Assembly: GCA_963720365.1 (NCBI GenBank)
Contig: CAVRFK010000017.1
Location: 210,750 to 274,749, forward strand
Source of the DNA: an uncultured Gemmatimonadales bacterium
GTDB taxonomy: Bacteria > Gemmatimonadota > Gemmatimonadetes > Gemmatimonadales > GWC2-71-9
DNA length: 64,000 nt
Direction of reading: 5' to 3'
This document shows positions 10,293 to 21,400 of the stretch, one piece after another. The position numbers and the translations under genes are program-made. The notes beneath the pieces were generated by a model. That model was not told where the DNA came from and made no database searches. It saw only the letters and a list, made by a program, of their open reading frames with translations. Numbering within the stretch: position 1 is the stretch's first letter; each line of letters opens with the position of its first letter.

Positions 10293-10753
10293 GGGGTGGG
10301 TGGCTCCTCCGGCGGTGGCGCCGTGCGCTGGTTCCGCTCGAACTCTTCCTCCCGCTCCTTCCGCAGCCGCATGTCCCGAATCATGTCCTTGAAGTCCTGG
10401 AGATTCTGGGAGCGCTGCGCGGCGTACTGGAGGTCGGCCCGCATCGACATCAGGTGATTGTACGCCCGGTTCTGGTCCACGTTGCCCGAGCCGGGCAGCG
10501 GAAGCAGCGCCAGGACGACGGCGGGGATCTTGAGCCCGGCGAAGTAGATGTTGGACGAGTCGAGGCCGAACTTGGTGCCGGCGACGTTGGTGGTCCAGCT
10601 GGGAAGGCCGGTCTTGCGGGACGAGGGATCGGCGGCGATGGAGTCGAGGTACGACTGCACGATCGCGTTGACCGCGCTGTCCACCAGCACGACGTGCCGC
10701 TCCTGGGTGAGCCGCTCGGCCAGCTCCTTGGGCGGCAGCGGGAGCGGCCGCAC
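10289..10753 (-). CDS. Hypothetical protein
   Basis: 154-aa ORF starting at GTG 10753, preceded by an AAGGAAG Shine-Dalgarno-like sequence. The C-terminus is charged (RLRKEREEEFERNQ). No family recognised. Confidence 0.55.
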   Translation of the reverse strand: MRPLPLPPKELAERLTQERHVVLVDSAVNAIVQSYLDSIAADPSSRKTGLPSWTTNVAGTKFGLDSSNIYFAGLKIPAVVLALLPLPGSGNVDQNRAYNHLMSMRADLQYAAQRSQNLQDFKDMIRDMRLRKEREEEFERNQRTAPPPEEPPTP

Positions 10754-10766
10754 CCAGAGCCTTCCT

Positions 10767-11150
10767 TCAGCCAGGCCCGGGGCCGATCAGTCCGATGATG
10801 GCCGGCGGCCGCTCCTCGACCGGGGTCGTGCCCGTGTCCACCGTCTCGGTCCTGGGCCGCTCCACGGGCGGGCGCACCACGACGGGCGCCTCGGGCTCGG
10901 GCGCGGCGGCGCCGGCGTGGGCGCAACGCCCCTGCTCCGCTGTCCAGCCGGCGGACCGGATGGGCGGAAGCGCATGGGGACTTCGGGCGGCCCTTCGGCC
11001 GGCGGCGCGAGGACGATGAGCTGGGGCGGACGGTGCGGCACCTGCGGCATCCGGCCATCGACCGAGCCGAACAGCAGCAGCGCCGCGTGGGCGGCACCAC
11101 TGACGACCAGCGCCACCCACGGCAGCCGCCCGCGGCGGCGCAGTCGGCCG
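10767..11150 (-). CDS. Putative small membrane-anchored Pro-rich protein; start and one frame break uncertain
   Basis: One frame carries the TM-like LPWVALVVSGAAHAALLLF followed by PQVPHRPPQLIVLAPPAEGPPEV. A second frame continues APEPEAPVVVRPPVERPRTETVDTGTTPVEERPP...-stop at 10767. No clean ATG is present. Confidence 0.35.
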   Translation of the reverse strand, partial: RPTAPPRAAAVGGAGRQWCRPRGAAAVRLGRWPDAAGAAPSAPAHRPRAAGRRAARSPHALPPIRSAGWTAEQGRCAHAGAAAPEPEAPVVVRPPVERPRTETVDTGTTPVEERPPAIIGLIGPGPG

Positions 11151-11153
11151 AGG

Positions 11154-12350
11154 TCAAGCGGTGGTCGCAAGCTCTCCTCGGCGCGTGGCCGCGAGGACCC
11201 GTCCCAGCCGCTCCGCGGCCTGGCGGAGGCGGTCGGGACCGACCGTGAGCGCGATGCGGAAGAAGCCTTCGCCCGCCGGCCCGAACCCGCTGCCGGGCAA
11301 CACCACGGCACCGTGCTCCTCCAGCGCGCGCCGGGCGAAGTCCGCCGACTTGACGCCGGCGGGGAGCGCCACCCACAGGTACATCGCCGCCTTGGGCAGC
11401 TCGAGGGAGAACCCCGCGTCGCGGAGCGCCGGCACGGCGGCGTCGCGCCGCCGCTCGAGCTCCTGCCGGATCGGCGCGACGACTTCCTCCGCCCGGTCGA
11501 GCACGGCCGCTCCCGCCTTCTGCACCGCGAGGAACGGCCCCGTGTCCGTGTAGGACTTCACCCGGGTGAGCGCTCCGATCAGCTCGGCCCGTCCCGCCGC
11601 GAAGCCGAGCCGCCATCCCGTCATCGAGAAGCTCTTGGAGAGCGAGAAGAACTCGAGCGCGACCTCCGACGCCCCGGGGATCTCGAAGATGCTCGGCGCC
11701 CGGTAGCCGTCGAACGTGAGATCGCAGTAGGCGTTGTCGTAGGCGAGGAGGATGTCGTGCCGGCGGCAGACGGCCACCGTGCGCTCCAGGTACTCCGGCG
11801 TGGCCACGGCGGCCGTCGGGTTGTTGGGATAGTTGACGAACGCGAGGCGGGCCCGCTGGAGCACGGCCGCCGGCACCCGCTCCATCTCCAGGAGGAAATT
11901 GGTCTCCGGGAGAAGCGGGGCGATGTACGGCTCGGCGCCCGCGAGCAGCGAGCCGCCGATGTATGCCTGATAGCCAGGCTCGGGAACGATGGTGGCGTCG
12001 CCCGGATTCACGACCGCGAACGGCAGGTGCGCCAGACCGTCCTTGGAGCCGATGAGCGGCAGGATCTCGGTGACCGGGTCGAACCGCTTGCCGAAGCGCT
12101 GCTCGATCCAGCGGCTGGCCGCCTGTCGAAACGCGGGCAGTCCCTGCTGGAACCCGTACTTGCTGTAGGCCGGGTCGGCCAGCGCCTCGGTCATCGCGTC
12201 CACCGCGATCCGGGGCGGCGGCGTGTCGTTGTCGCCCGCGCCGAGATCGATCACATCCATGCCCGACTCGATGAGCCGGCGCTTGATGCTCGGAATCTCG
12301 GCGAGGGGATAGCCCGGCAGCGACTTCACGCGAGCGCTGGTCTCGATCAT
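11154..12350 (-). CDS. Class I/II PLP-dependent aminotransferase (LL-diaminopimelate aminotransferase-like)
   Basis: 398-aa ORF. It has the SLSKSFSMTGWRLGFAAG PLP-lysine motif and NYPNNPTAAVA. The specific substrate is not determinable from sequence alone. Confidence 0.8.
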   Translation of the reverse strand: MIETSARVKSLPGYPLAEIPSIKRRLIESGMDVIDLGAGDNDTPPPRIAVDAMTEALADPAYSKYGFQQGLPAFRQAASRWIEQRFGKRFDPVTEILPLIGSKDGLAHLPFAVVNPGDATIVPEPGYQAYIGGSLLAGAEPYIAPLLPETNFLLEMERVPAAVLQRARLAFVNYPNNPTAAVATPEYLERTVAVCRRHDILLAYDNAYCDLTFDGYRAPSIFEIPGASEVALEFFSLSKSFSMTGWRLGFAAGRAELIGALTRVKSYTDTGPFLAVQKAGAAVLDRAEEVVAPIRQELERRRDAAVPALRDAGFSLELPKAAMYLWVALPAGVKSADFARRALEEHGAVVLPGSGFGPAGEGFFRIALTVGPDRLRQAAERLGRVLAATRRGELATTA

Positions 12351-12970
12351 TTCGTGTCGTCCTTCACTGGATTGGTCAGCACGCCCACGCCGGGGATCTC
12401 CACCTCGACCCGGTCGCCGTCCTTGAGTGGCGCCGTGCCGGCGGGCGTGCCGGTAGCGATGAGATCACCCGGTTCCAGGGTCATGATGCCACTCAGGAAC
12501 GACACCAGATCCGGAATGGGAAAGTGCATGTCGGTGGCCCGCGCCCGCTGCTTCTCGACGCCGTTCACCCGGCAGATGATCTCCAGGTTGCGCCAGTCGA
12601 GCCCCTGGGCCACCCGTGGCCCCACCGGGCAGAAGGTGTCGAAGCCTTTCGCCCGTCCCCACTGGCCGTCCACTTTCTGGAGGTCGCGGCAGGTGACGTC
12701 GTTGACGCAGGTGTAGCCGCCGATCGCACGGACCGCCTCCGCCGGCGTCAGGTTGCGCGCCCGCGAGCCGATCACCACCCCGATTTCCGCCTCGAACTCC
12801 ACTCTCTGGGAGACGCCGGGCAGCCGGATAGTGTCACCGTCGCCGATGAGCGCGGTGGGTGGCTTGAAGAAGATGATCGGGACGGCGGGCATCTCGTTGC
12901 CCAGCTCTTTGGCGTGGGCAACGTAATTCCGGCCGATCCCGATGATCTTGGACGGGCGCACTGGCGTCAT
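12347..12970 (-). CDS. Fumarylacetoacetate hydrolase (FAH) family protein
   Basis: 207-aa ORF: KIIGIGRNYVAHAKELG...EAEIGVVIGSRA...GYTCVNDVTCRDLQ...GRAKGFDTFCPVGP. Confidence 0.85.
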   Translation of the reverse strand: MTPVRPSKIIGIGRNYVAHAKELGNEMPAVPIIFFKPPTALIGDGDTIRLPGVSQRVEFEAEIGVVIGSRARNLTPAEAVRAIGGYTCVNDVTCRDLQKVDGQWGRAKGFDTFCPVGPRVAQGLDWRNLEIICRVNGVEKQRARATDMHFPIPDLVSFLSGIMTLEPGDLIATGTPAGTAPLKDGDRVEVEIPGVGVLTNPVKDDTK

Positions 12971-15468
12971 ACGATGGCTCCGATTCCAAACCGCGCGAAG
13001 AAGTCCTCACACTTGGTTCGTACCTGCGTCCAGGTCCCCACGACGCGTTCCGCCCGCGGCAACCCGCCGAGCAGCACCGGTCCGTACCGCTTGGTGACCG
13101 CCCGGCTGTCGAGCAGCACGACGACGCCGAGGTCTTTCCGGCTCCGAATCAGCCGGCCGAACCCCTGCTTCAGCTTGAGCGCGGCGTGCGGGAGCAGATA
13201 GTGGGCGAACCCGTCCAGTCCCTCCTCCGCGAGTCGCTCCAGCCGGGCCGATGTGAGCGGCTCCGATGGAACCTTGAAAGGTAGCTTGTTGATCACGAGG
13301 GCGCGGAGCGCGCGGCCGGGCACGTCCACGCCTTCCCAGAACGAATCCGTGCCCAGCAGAATCGCGTTCTCCGCCTCGCGGAAGCGACGCAGCAGCACGT
13401 CCCGCGGCGCCTCGCCCTGCACCAGCAGCGGCCACCGTGCCCCCAGCGCCATCCGCAGCTCGGAGGCGGCTCGGCGGAGCGATGCGTGGCTGGTGAACAG
13501 CACGAACATCCCACCGTCGGAGGCATAGGCCAGGTCGGACACGATCTGGACCACCGCGGCGCCGTGGCCGACCTCGTCTTCGCGGGGCTCCGGCAGGTCG
13601 GTGGGAACGGCGAACAGGCATTGGGACGGGTAGTCGAACGGCGAGTCGAAGATCTGACGCTCGGTGACCGGGGAGTCCTCGCCGGCGAGCCCCAGCCGGC
13701 TCTCCAGGAAGTCGAAGTCTCCGCTGGCGGCCAGCGTCGCGCTGGTGAGCACCACGGTGTCGAGGCGATCGAAAAGCAGCTCTCGAAGCACCGGCGCCAG
13801 ATCGAGAGGGACGGCGGAGAGCTGCAGGTTCTGCCCTCGGGTCGTTCGCTCCATCCAGCGGACCGTCGGCGGACCGCCGCCGGCGGGGCGGAGCGTCCGG
13901 TTCAGACCGTCCGACACGGCATCGAGTCGCCGCAGCGCGCCGCGCAGCTCCTGGAGAATCTGTCCCCGCCGCTCGGTGTCGTCCGTCTCGGTCAGCCGGT
14001 CGGCGATCACCTCGATGGCCTCGCGCAGGGCGCGGAACCCGGTGAGCGACGCGTCGAGATCGAAGGCGAGCCCCTCGTCCCAGATCGGATCCACGGCGAA
14101 GTCGTCCGCGAGGCGGAGCTGTCCGCCGGGTACGTCCGCCACGCGCTCGTAGAGCCGGACGAAGAGCGCGTCGCTCGCGCGCCGGGCGTCGGCGAGCGCC
14201 GGGTAGAGCCGATCGCGCAGGATCTCGAGGCTCTGGCGGCTGGCGGTATCGCTCGCCGCGGCCAGCTCGTGCGACAGCGTGGGTGCCAGCCCCCGGTTGT
14301 TCCGCTCGAAGCGCGAGAGGAGCCGCCGCACGCCGCGGCTCGTCACCTGCACGCCGAGGTGGCCGGCGGCGACCTCCTCGAGGTGGTGCGCCTCGTCGAG
14401 CACCAGCCGCTTGTAGGGCGGCAGGACCGCGGCGTCGTCCCAGTTGTCCGTTTGCCGCCGCACCGACAGATCGGCCGCCAGCAGATGGTGGTTCACCACC
14501 ACGATGTCGGCCTCGGCGGCGCGGCGCCGGGCGCGGAACAGGAAACAGCGATCGAAGTGGGGGCACTTGAGACGGGTGCAGAGATCGGCTTCGGCGCTCA
14601 CCTCGTCCCACACCTCCGGCGTGGGCGTCACCGGGAGATCGCTCAGCGTGCCGTCGGCCGTGTGGCCGGCCCACTCCGACAGCGCGATCAGCTCGTCGAG
14701 CTTGTCCTGCTCCAGCAGCGTGCGCTGGGCGCCGACCGCCTGGTGCAGCCGGCTCAGGCAGAGGTAGTTCCGCCATCCCTTGAGCAGCGCGAAGCTCGGC
14801 GCGTAGTCCGCCGTCGCCAGCGCCTCGCGCAGGAGCGGGAGATCCTTGCCGACGAGCTGCTCCTGGAGGTTGATCGTGTTGGTGCTCACGACCGTCCGCT
14901 CCTGGTTGGCGCGGGCCCAGGCCAGCGCCGGCACCAGGTAGGCGAACGACTTGCCGACGCCGGTGCCGGCCTCCATGAGCTGAACTCCGCCGTCGTTGTA
15001 CCCGTCCGCGATGTAGGCGGCCATGTCCCGCTGGCTGCGCCGGTCTTCGTATTGGCCCAGGTGCGCGGCGATGGGGCCGCGCTCGCCCAGGGTGTCGATC
15101 ACCTCGAACGGATCGATGCGACTGACCGGCCGGTCGCGGGGGACCTCCACCACCACGTACAGCTCGGTCGCGCCATTGTCGATGATGCCGAAGCCGATCC
15201 CGCCGTCGTGCAGGCGGGCGGCGACATTGAGATCGGCCTGCGAAGGCGTGAGATGCCCGCTCGGATGATTGTGGAGGAACATCTCGCCGCGGGACGCGGT
15301 CCCCGGGAGGGCCAGCACCATGTCCACGGTGCCGCGCGCCACCACTCGGGCGCCGCTCACCACGCCGTCACGGTCCACCTCGGCGACGAACGACACCTCG
15401 CGTCCCCCCGCGGCCGCGATCTCGCCCGCGAGGTAGGCCCGGACACCCGGGGCGATCCGCTCGCTCAA
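12967..15468 (-). CDS. dinG: DinG/XPD-family Fe-S DNA helicase with an N-terminal JAMM/MPN+ (RadC-like) domain
   Basis: Part of ORF 12967..15942. A TTG start at 15468 overlaps (TTGA) the upstream stop. The N-terminal roughly 130 aa carry HNHPSGHLTPSQAD (HxH-x7-S-xx-D). The helicase part has GTGVGKSFAY (Walker A), four Cys (YLCLSRL, DLCTRLKCPHFDRC), LVLDEAHHLEE (DEAH) and a helicase C-terminal region. Confidence 0.8.
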   Translation of the reverse strand: MSERIAPGVRAYLAGEIAAAGGREVSFVAEVDRDGVVSGARVVARGTVDMVLALPGTASRGEMFLHNHPSGHLTPSQADLNVAARLHDGGIGFGIIDNGATELYVVVEVPRDRPVSRIDPFEVIDTLGERGPIAAHLGQYEDRRSQRDMAAYIADGYNDGGVQLMEAGTGVGKSFAYLVPALAWARANQERTVVSTNTINLQEQLVGKDLPLLREALATADYAPSFALLKGWRNYLCLSRLHQAVGAQRTLLEQDKLDELIALSEWAGHTADGTLSDLPVTPTPEVWDEVSAEADLCTRLKCPHFDRCFLFRARRRAAEADIVVVNHHLLAADLSVRRQTDNWDDAAVLPPYKRLVLDEAHHLEEVAAGHLGVQVTSRGVRRLLSRFERNNRGLAPTLSHELAAASDTASRQSLEILRDRLYPALADARRASDALFVRLYERVADVPGGQLRLADDFAVDPIWDEGLAFDLDASLTGFRALREAIEVIADRLTETDDTERRGQILQELRGALRRLDAVSDGLNRTLRPAGGGPPTVRWMERTTRGQNLQLSAVPLDLAPVLRELLFDRLDTVVLTSATLAASGDFDFLESRLGLAGEDSPVTERQIFDSPFDYPSQCLFAVPTDLPEPREDEVGHGAAVVQIVSDLAYASDGGMFVLFTSHASLRRAASELRMALGARWPLLVQGEAPRDVLLRRFREAENAILLGTDSFWEGVDVPGRALRALVINKLPFKVPSEPLTSARLERLAEEGLDGFAHYLLPHAALKLKQGFGRLIRSRKDLGVVVLLDSRAVTKRYGPVLLGGLPRAERVVGTWTQVRTKCEDFFARFGIGAIV

Positions 15469-16760
15469 GTCTTGAGTTCTTTCTTCTTCGCGGCCGGGAA
15501 GAGGACGTTGTTGAGGATCAGCCGGTAGCCGGGCGAATGCGGATGGAGCGACAGATCGGTCGCAGCGTCGCCGATCTGGTGCTGGGGATCCTCCGGGTCG
15601 TGTCCGCCGAAGAAAGTCCAGGTGCCCTGGCCCCGCTCGCCGTGGATGTACTTGACCCACGCGGCGCCGGTCTCCTCCGCCAGGACGGTCACGCTGGGCT
15701 TGAGCCGGCGGCGGGCGAAGCTGGTGGTGAGGCCATAGAAATCGGGAATCACCTGCCGGTGGTTCTGGACCAGCATCGTCGCGACCGGATCGATCTTGGC
15801 GCTGAAGTTGAACAGGGTGAAGGAGCCGAGCGGCTGGCGCCGGTCGGGCGAGTTGACCTGGTGGCCGTCGATGTCGGAATAGACGGGCATCGTCGGGCTC
15901 AGCTCCAGGCGCGCGTCCTGGAACGCGAGCGCCCGGTCCCATTGCATCTTCGCGGTGGCGTCGGGATCCATCGGGTTGCCGTCGGCATAGGCCGCGGCGA
16001 TGTCGGTGGCCTCGGAGGCGAGGGCGAGATCGAGGGTCTCAGTGGCGGTACACATCGCGAAGAGAAAGCCGCCCCGCTCGACGTACGCGCCGATCGCCGC
16101 CGCCACCGCGCGCTTCTCCGCCGGCACCGATGGAAAGCCGAGCGACTTGGCCGTGGAGCGGTTGCGGTCCACCATCTCCGTCAGCCACGGCGCGCCGGCG
16201 TAATTGAGGAAGAACTTCGAGTACTGGCCGGTGAAGTCTTCGTGATGCAGGTGCAGCCAGTCGTAGTTGCGAAGCCCCTGCCCCACGACTTCCGGGTCCC
16301 AGATCTTCTCGAACTTGATGCCGGCGTAGTTGAGCGCCATGGTCACGGCATCGTCCCACGGCGCCGCGTTGGGCGGTGCGTAGACGGCGACCTTGGGCGC
16401 CTTCTCCAGCGGGACCGCGTCCATGTTCCCGTTCTGGATCTCGCCGCGCAGCTCGACCAGTCTCCCGTCATCGAGCGGCTCGGTGGTCACGCCCGCGAGC
16501 GCGGCATCGCGGCTGGTGGTCCCGTCCGCGGGCAGCAGAAACGCGCCACCGCGATAGTTGAGAAACCACTCGGCTTTGCCCCCACGCTCGAGCAGGCGGA
16601 AGGCGAGTCCGTACGCCTTGAGGTGGTCGGACTGGGAGTCGTCCATCGGCACGAGGAGCCACGGCGCGGCGCGACCGAACACCGGCAGTCCGGGAATGCC
16701 GGGCAGGGCGAGCCCCATCAGCCCCGCGGAGGTCCGCCCGAGAAACTCGCGCCGCCTCAT
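15465..16760 (-). CDS. TAT-signal exported protein of unknown function
   Basis: 431-aa ORF. MRRREFLGRTSAGLMGLALPG is a twin-arginine signal. The body (PKVAVYAPPNAAPWDD...DWLHLHHEDFTGQYSKF) looks globular and conserved, but I cannot assign a family. Confidence 0.6.
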   Translation of the reverse strand: MRRREFLGRTSAGLMGLALPGIPGLPVFGRAAPWLLVPMDDSQSDHLKAYGLAFRLLERGGKAEWFLNYRGGAFLLPADGTTSRDAALAGVTTEPLDDGRLVELRGEIQNGNMDAVPLEKAPKVAVYAPPNAAPWDDAVTMALNYAGIKFEKIWDPEVVGQGLRNYDWLHLHHEDFTGQYSKFFLNYAGAPWLTEMVDRNRSTAKSLGFPSVPAEKRAVAAAIGAYVERGGFLFAMCTATETLDLALASEATDIAAAYADGNPMDPDATAKMQWDRALAFQDARLELSPTMPVYSDIDGHQVNSPDRRQPLGSFTLFNFSAKIDPVATMLVQNHRQVIPDFYGLTTSFARRRLKPSVTVLAEETGAAWVKYIHGERGQGTWTFFGGHDPEDPQHQIGDAATDLSLHPHSPGYRLILNNVLFPAAKKKELKT

Positions 16761-18494
16761 GTCTGCGGCACCGCTCCGCGCGCCACGTCCAGGGCGCGCC
16801 TCGCCTGGGGAACGAGCGCGCTTTCGGGATAGCTCAGGATGAGATGCTCGAGCTGCGTCACCGCCTCCGCATTGCGCCGGGACGCCAGCATCAGCTCCGC
16901 GAGGGCGAGCTCAGCCGCGGGCGCGGTGGCCGGGGCCTCCTTGGACGCGGCCTCCCGATAGAGACGTTCCGCCAGCACCGCGTCGCCCTTGGCGGCCGCC
17001 AGGCGGCCGGCGAGGAGGCGCAGCTCGGCGCCGCCCTTCGCGAGCGGCAGATCGCTCGCGACCGACTCCATCTCGCCGACCGCGCGCGTAGTGTCGCCTT
17101 GCTCCAGCCGGAGCAGCGCGGCGCCGAGGGGCCGCAGCGTGTCGGCCTCGATCGGCTGGAGCAACGCCAGCAGCATGGTGCGGCGGGTGGACTCCGCGCG
17201 GTCGCCGGCGTAGGGGCCGGCTTCCTTGAAGCTCTCCACCGCCCCGTCCAGGTCGCCGCGATAGAGCTTGATGCGGCCGGCGAGCGCGAAGCCGTCGATG
17301 GTGCTGTCCCGGCCGAGGGTGGAGTCGGCGCGGTCGAGGTCGCCCTGCCGGATGTAGGCGGACACCAGCGAGCGGGTCAGCTGCGCCTGCTCCTCTCCGC
17401 TGAGCTGCGGCCGCAGGTCGCGCAGCCGCCGGCCCGCTTCCTCCAGCTTGCCTTCGCCGATCAGCACGGTGACGAGCGCACTCGCCGCACCCGACGTGGC
17501 CATGCCGGGCGAGCGGTCGTCCGTGAGACCCGACAGCATGCGGCGCGCGGCGTCGCGGTCGCCGGCGGCCGAGTACGCCTGCGCGGCCTCGAGCCGGGTG
17601 CGGGAGGACTGACGGTCGGGCTGTCTCGCCGCCATCGCCTCCAGCGCGCGGCCCTGCGCGAGCAGGCCGTCCCGGGTGCGCTGGGTGCGGAGCTGTTCGA
17701 TCAGCCCTCGCAGCGCATCCACCGCCTCGCCTCGGGCCTGCGGCAGCCCGGCTTCCAGCGCAGCCAATCCGCCGAGCGGATCGCCCCACCGGACCCTCAG
17801 CTCGGATTCGAGCCGCCGCGCCGTGAAGTCGCCGCCGTCGGCGAGGATCCGCAACACCTCGGGACGCTTGCCGGCCGGGGTATGCCCGAGCGTCGCGACG
17901 GCGGTGATGCGGTAGCCCGGCAGCCTGCGGACCGCCGGCAGCCATTCCCGCGCCGCCGTGGCGTAGTCGCCGTCCGCGATCGCGAGCTGCGCCATCTCCG
18001 CCGCGAGCACGTCGTCGCGAGCCAGGCGCTGACGGCCGAGTCGGTAGGCCTCGAGCGCGCCCTCGCGCTGCCGGGACGCGAGCGCGGCCGCGCCCCACTC
18101 CCGGTACGGCGCTTCGTCGCGAGGCGCGATCCGGGCCCACCGCTCGGCCATCACGCGCATGCTGTCGGGCTGGTCGGCCGCGCCCCAGGCGCGCAGCGCG
18201 ACACCGTAGAGCGCCGCGCTCGACGCGTTGACCTTGAGTGCGGCGTTGACGTCGGGCACGATCTCGGCACTGCGGTTGAGCGGGAGGAGCACCCGCTCGA
18301 GCCCGAGCACGGCGGAGACGTCGCCCGGATTGCGCGACAGCAGCTCCCGATACGCTTCCGCCGCCTGGGCGTAGTTGCCTCGCCGCTCGAGCTCGAACGC
18401 GCGCGGCATGGTGGCGCGCTGGCCGTGTGCCACGCTCCGGCCGGAGCACCGCCAACAACCCGACACACGCGGCGAGGTACCGGTCGAGTCTCAT
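16757..18494 (-). CDS. TPR-repeat protein
   Basis: ORF 16757..18466 is rich in Ala/Leu/Arg helical repeats of TPR type. An ATG at 18494 (MRLDRYLAACVGLLAVL, signal-like) overlaps (ATGA) the upstream stop but is out of frame. That start would need a shift near 18440. The alternative start is ATG 18466. Confidence 0.65.
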
Positions 18495-21400
18495 CGTCCG
18501 GTCCTCGCGGGCGTCTCGGAGAGCCGCCGGAAGTAGTCCACCACGAGCCTGCGCTCCTCGGGTGACAGCCGCTGCAGCTCGTCCCAGGTCGGGACTCTGA
18601 GCCGGCCGTCGTCGGCGGTGAGACGCGCACGCAGCGCGGGGGGCAGCCGAACGGTGTCGTCGGTCGCGGCGGTGCTCTCGCGCTCCTTCTGCTCGTCCTC
18701 CTCCTGCCCCTGCAGGGTCCTGCCCGCGTCGAGCATCCGCCGGAAGAGCCGCTCCTGCCGTTCCACCACCTGCCGGTCGAGCCTTCCGGCGTCCAGCCGC
18801 CGGGCCAGCTCGTTGGCCTCATCGGCCAGCTCGCCGGCGCCGGGCATGTTGCCCTTGCCCTGCATGCGCTGGAGCTCTTCGGCCAGCGCGCGCTGCTGGT
18901 TGGCGAGCCTCCGCAGCTCCTGCTGGATGCCGGCCGATCCCATCATCGGCAGCATGCCCGCGGCCTGCTGGCCGAGCCCGCCCTGCTGCTTCGCCATCTC
19001 GGCCATGCGCTCCATCGCTTCCGCGAGGCCGGAGCCGGACTGCGGAACCCGACACGTCGCCGCGAGCGCGCAGGAGCTGATGCGCGGCGGCGTTGAGCGC
19101 GTCCACCGCGCCGCCGGCCTGCTCCGCGCCTTCACGCACGTTCGGCACGGCGGAGGCGATCGCCTCGCGCGTCTTCTGCATCTGAACCTGCGCGCCGCCG
19201 AGCGCGCCACCGATCTGCGCGGGGACGAGCGCGTTCTTGCCCGCCGTCTTGCGGACCTGCTCCAGCAGCCGCTGGACGCCTTCCTCGATCGCGCCCTGCT
19301 CGGCGCGGAGCTGGGCCCCGCCCTCCGCCCCGTTGCGCAGCGCTTCCTGAACGGCGAGCTGACGCTCGGCGAGCCGGCCGGTCTCGGCCAGCGCCTGGTC
19401 GATCGCCTGCATGACCTCCTGCCGCCACTGCTGCTGCATCGCCTCGCGCTCGCGCTGGAGCTGGTCGCCCAGCGGCTCGAGCGACTGGGAGGCCCGCTCG
19501 CCCTGCTCCTTCGCCGGATCGCGCCGCCCTTGCTGCGCTGACTTCGAGGCCTGACTCATCTCGCCGGACGCCTGCTGCGCCTGCTCCGAGGCCGACTCCA
19601 AGCGATCCTGCCTGCCCTCCCCTTCCATCTGCTTCGACAGCCGATCGAGACCCTTCGCCAACGAATCCGTGCGAGCGGACAGCTCGCGCTCCGCCGCGGC
19701 GGCCATCGTGCTGTCGGCGCGCTGGACCTGCTCGTTCCACTGCCGCTGCTCCCGCGACAGCTCCCGCGACTCCTGGGTGAGATTGGCGAGATCGCCCTCG
19801 AGCGCGGCGCGCTGGAACAGCTCCCGGCTCCGCTCCAGCGCCTCGCGCATCTCGCGCTGGGCCTCGGCGAGCCGCTCGAGCGCCTCTTTGGCCTGCTCGG
19901 CATCGAGATCCTGCAGCGCCCGCTGCAGCGCGGCCAGGCGCTCGCGCAGCTCGGGCGAGAGCGCGCGGTCGAGCTGCTCGCGGATCTCCTGGAGCTGGCG
20001 CTGCCAGGCGGAATCGCCCACCCCCGCCGCCTCGGCGCTCTTCCGCAGCGCCTCCAGCGACTGCTTCAGCTCCTCGGCCTGCTTGAACAGCTCCTGCTGT
20101 CCCTTGGCCACGGCCTCCGCCCGCTTCGAGCGCTCGAACGAGAGCGACTCCTCGTTCCGCTCGCCGGTCTGGCCGCTGCGGGCGCGCTCGCGGGCCAGGT
20201 CCTCCGTCTGCCGCTCCAGCCGCCGGCTTCCCTCCGCGATCGAGTCGAGCTGGCTCCGCACGTCTTCCGAAGCGACCCGCTGCGCCGCCCGGACCTCGCT
20301 CATCGTGGGCAGCCGGAGCACGAACTCCCGCGAGCGGCCGCTCTGCCGCTGCGGCGTGTTGTCCGCGGCGACGGCGTAGTAGCGGACGGTGTCGCCCGGC
20401 AGAAGATTGCGCCGGTTGAGATCGAGCGTATGGGTGAGAATGGCGCGGTCGGGACGCTGCGCCGGCACCGCGAGGGTATCGCGGAAGGCCGAGTCCACCG
20501 TACCGAGGCGGCTGATGCGCCGGCTCACCACGGCGACGGAGGTGATCCCGTAGTCGTCCCGTACGTCCACCACCAGCGGCATCCTGAGACTCAGCGGCGC
20601 GAGCGTGTCGGCCCCGGGCACGGGGATCTCGACGGCGGGGACGCTGTCGGCGACGACGCGGACCGCGAGCCGGACCGTATCGCCGGCGAGCGGCGCGCCG
20701 TTCGCGCTGGCGAGGGCCAGGCGGTACTCACCCGACGCCGGGGGGACGAAGCCGCCGGTGAACACGCCGCCGCTCACCTCCAGCGGCTGCTTCTTACCGC
20801 TCGTCTCCCACACGGCCGAGGACAGCGGCGCGGTGGCTTCGCCTCTGGTCTCGAGACGGGTGCCGGCGGGCAGCAACAGCGTGTCGCCGTCGGTCGGCAC
20901 CGGCTCGGACTCGAGATCGAGATACTCCGGGTAGTGGGCCGTCACGGTGAGAGCGCCCAGAAAGACGGGCAGCCGAACCTTGACCAGGAGCGTGTCGGAG
21001 CCGCGGCTGCCGCTGGTGACACGCGCGTACACGTCGCTGGTCAGCGGGCCGCTCGAGACAGCGGCGTGGCCGAGGCTGTCGAGGCGCACGCCGCGCGGAT
21101 GCCACTCTTCGCCCGGCGCCCGCAACCAGAGCATCGCGGTGCGGCGGCCGATCGCCTCGACGCGGAACGTCACCGAATCGCCCCGGTCCACCACGCTCTG
21201 CTCGACGCTGAGCTGCACCGGCGCCACCAGTGCGCGCCATGCGCGGGCGGGATGCCACAGCGCGGCCGCCGCGCCGGCCACCGGACCGGCCGACACGAAC
21301 GCCATCGCACCGACCGCAAGCACGGCCAGGCCCGCGAGCGCGACCACTCGGACCGGCCGCGCGATCGGCTCGACCGCGGCGCCGCCGCGGCGCTCTACCT

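Noticed and set aside
15469-15942. N-terminal extension of the helicase ORF (991 aa from ATG 15942).
   Set aside because: The extension overlaps the 3' end of the upstream TAT-signal gene and is compositionally junk (RPPGQLARPAPAARLL...). A TTG at 15468 overlapping the upstream stop gives a clean JAMM-domain start.
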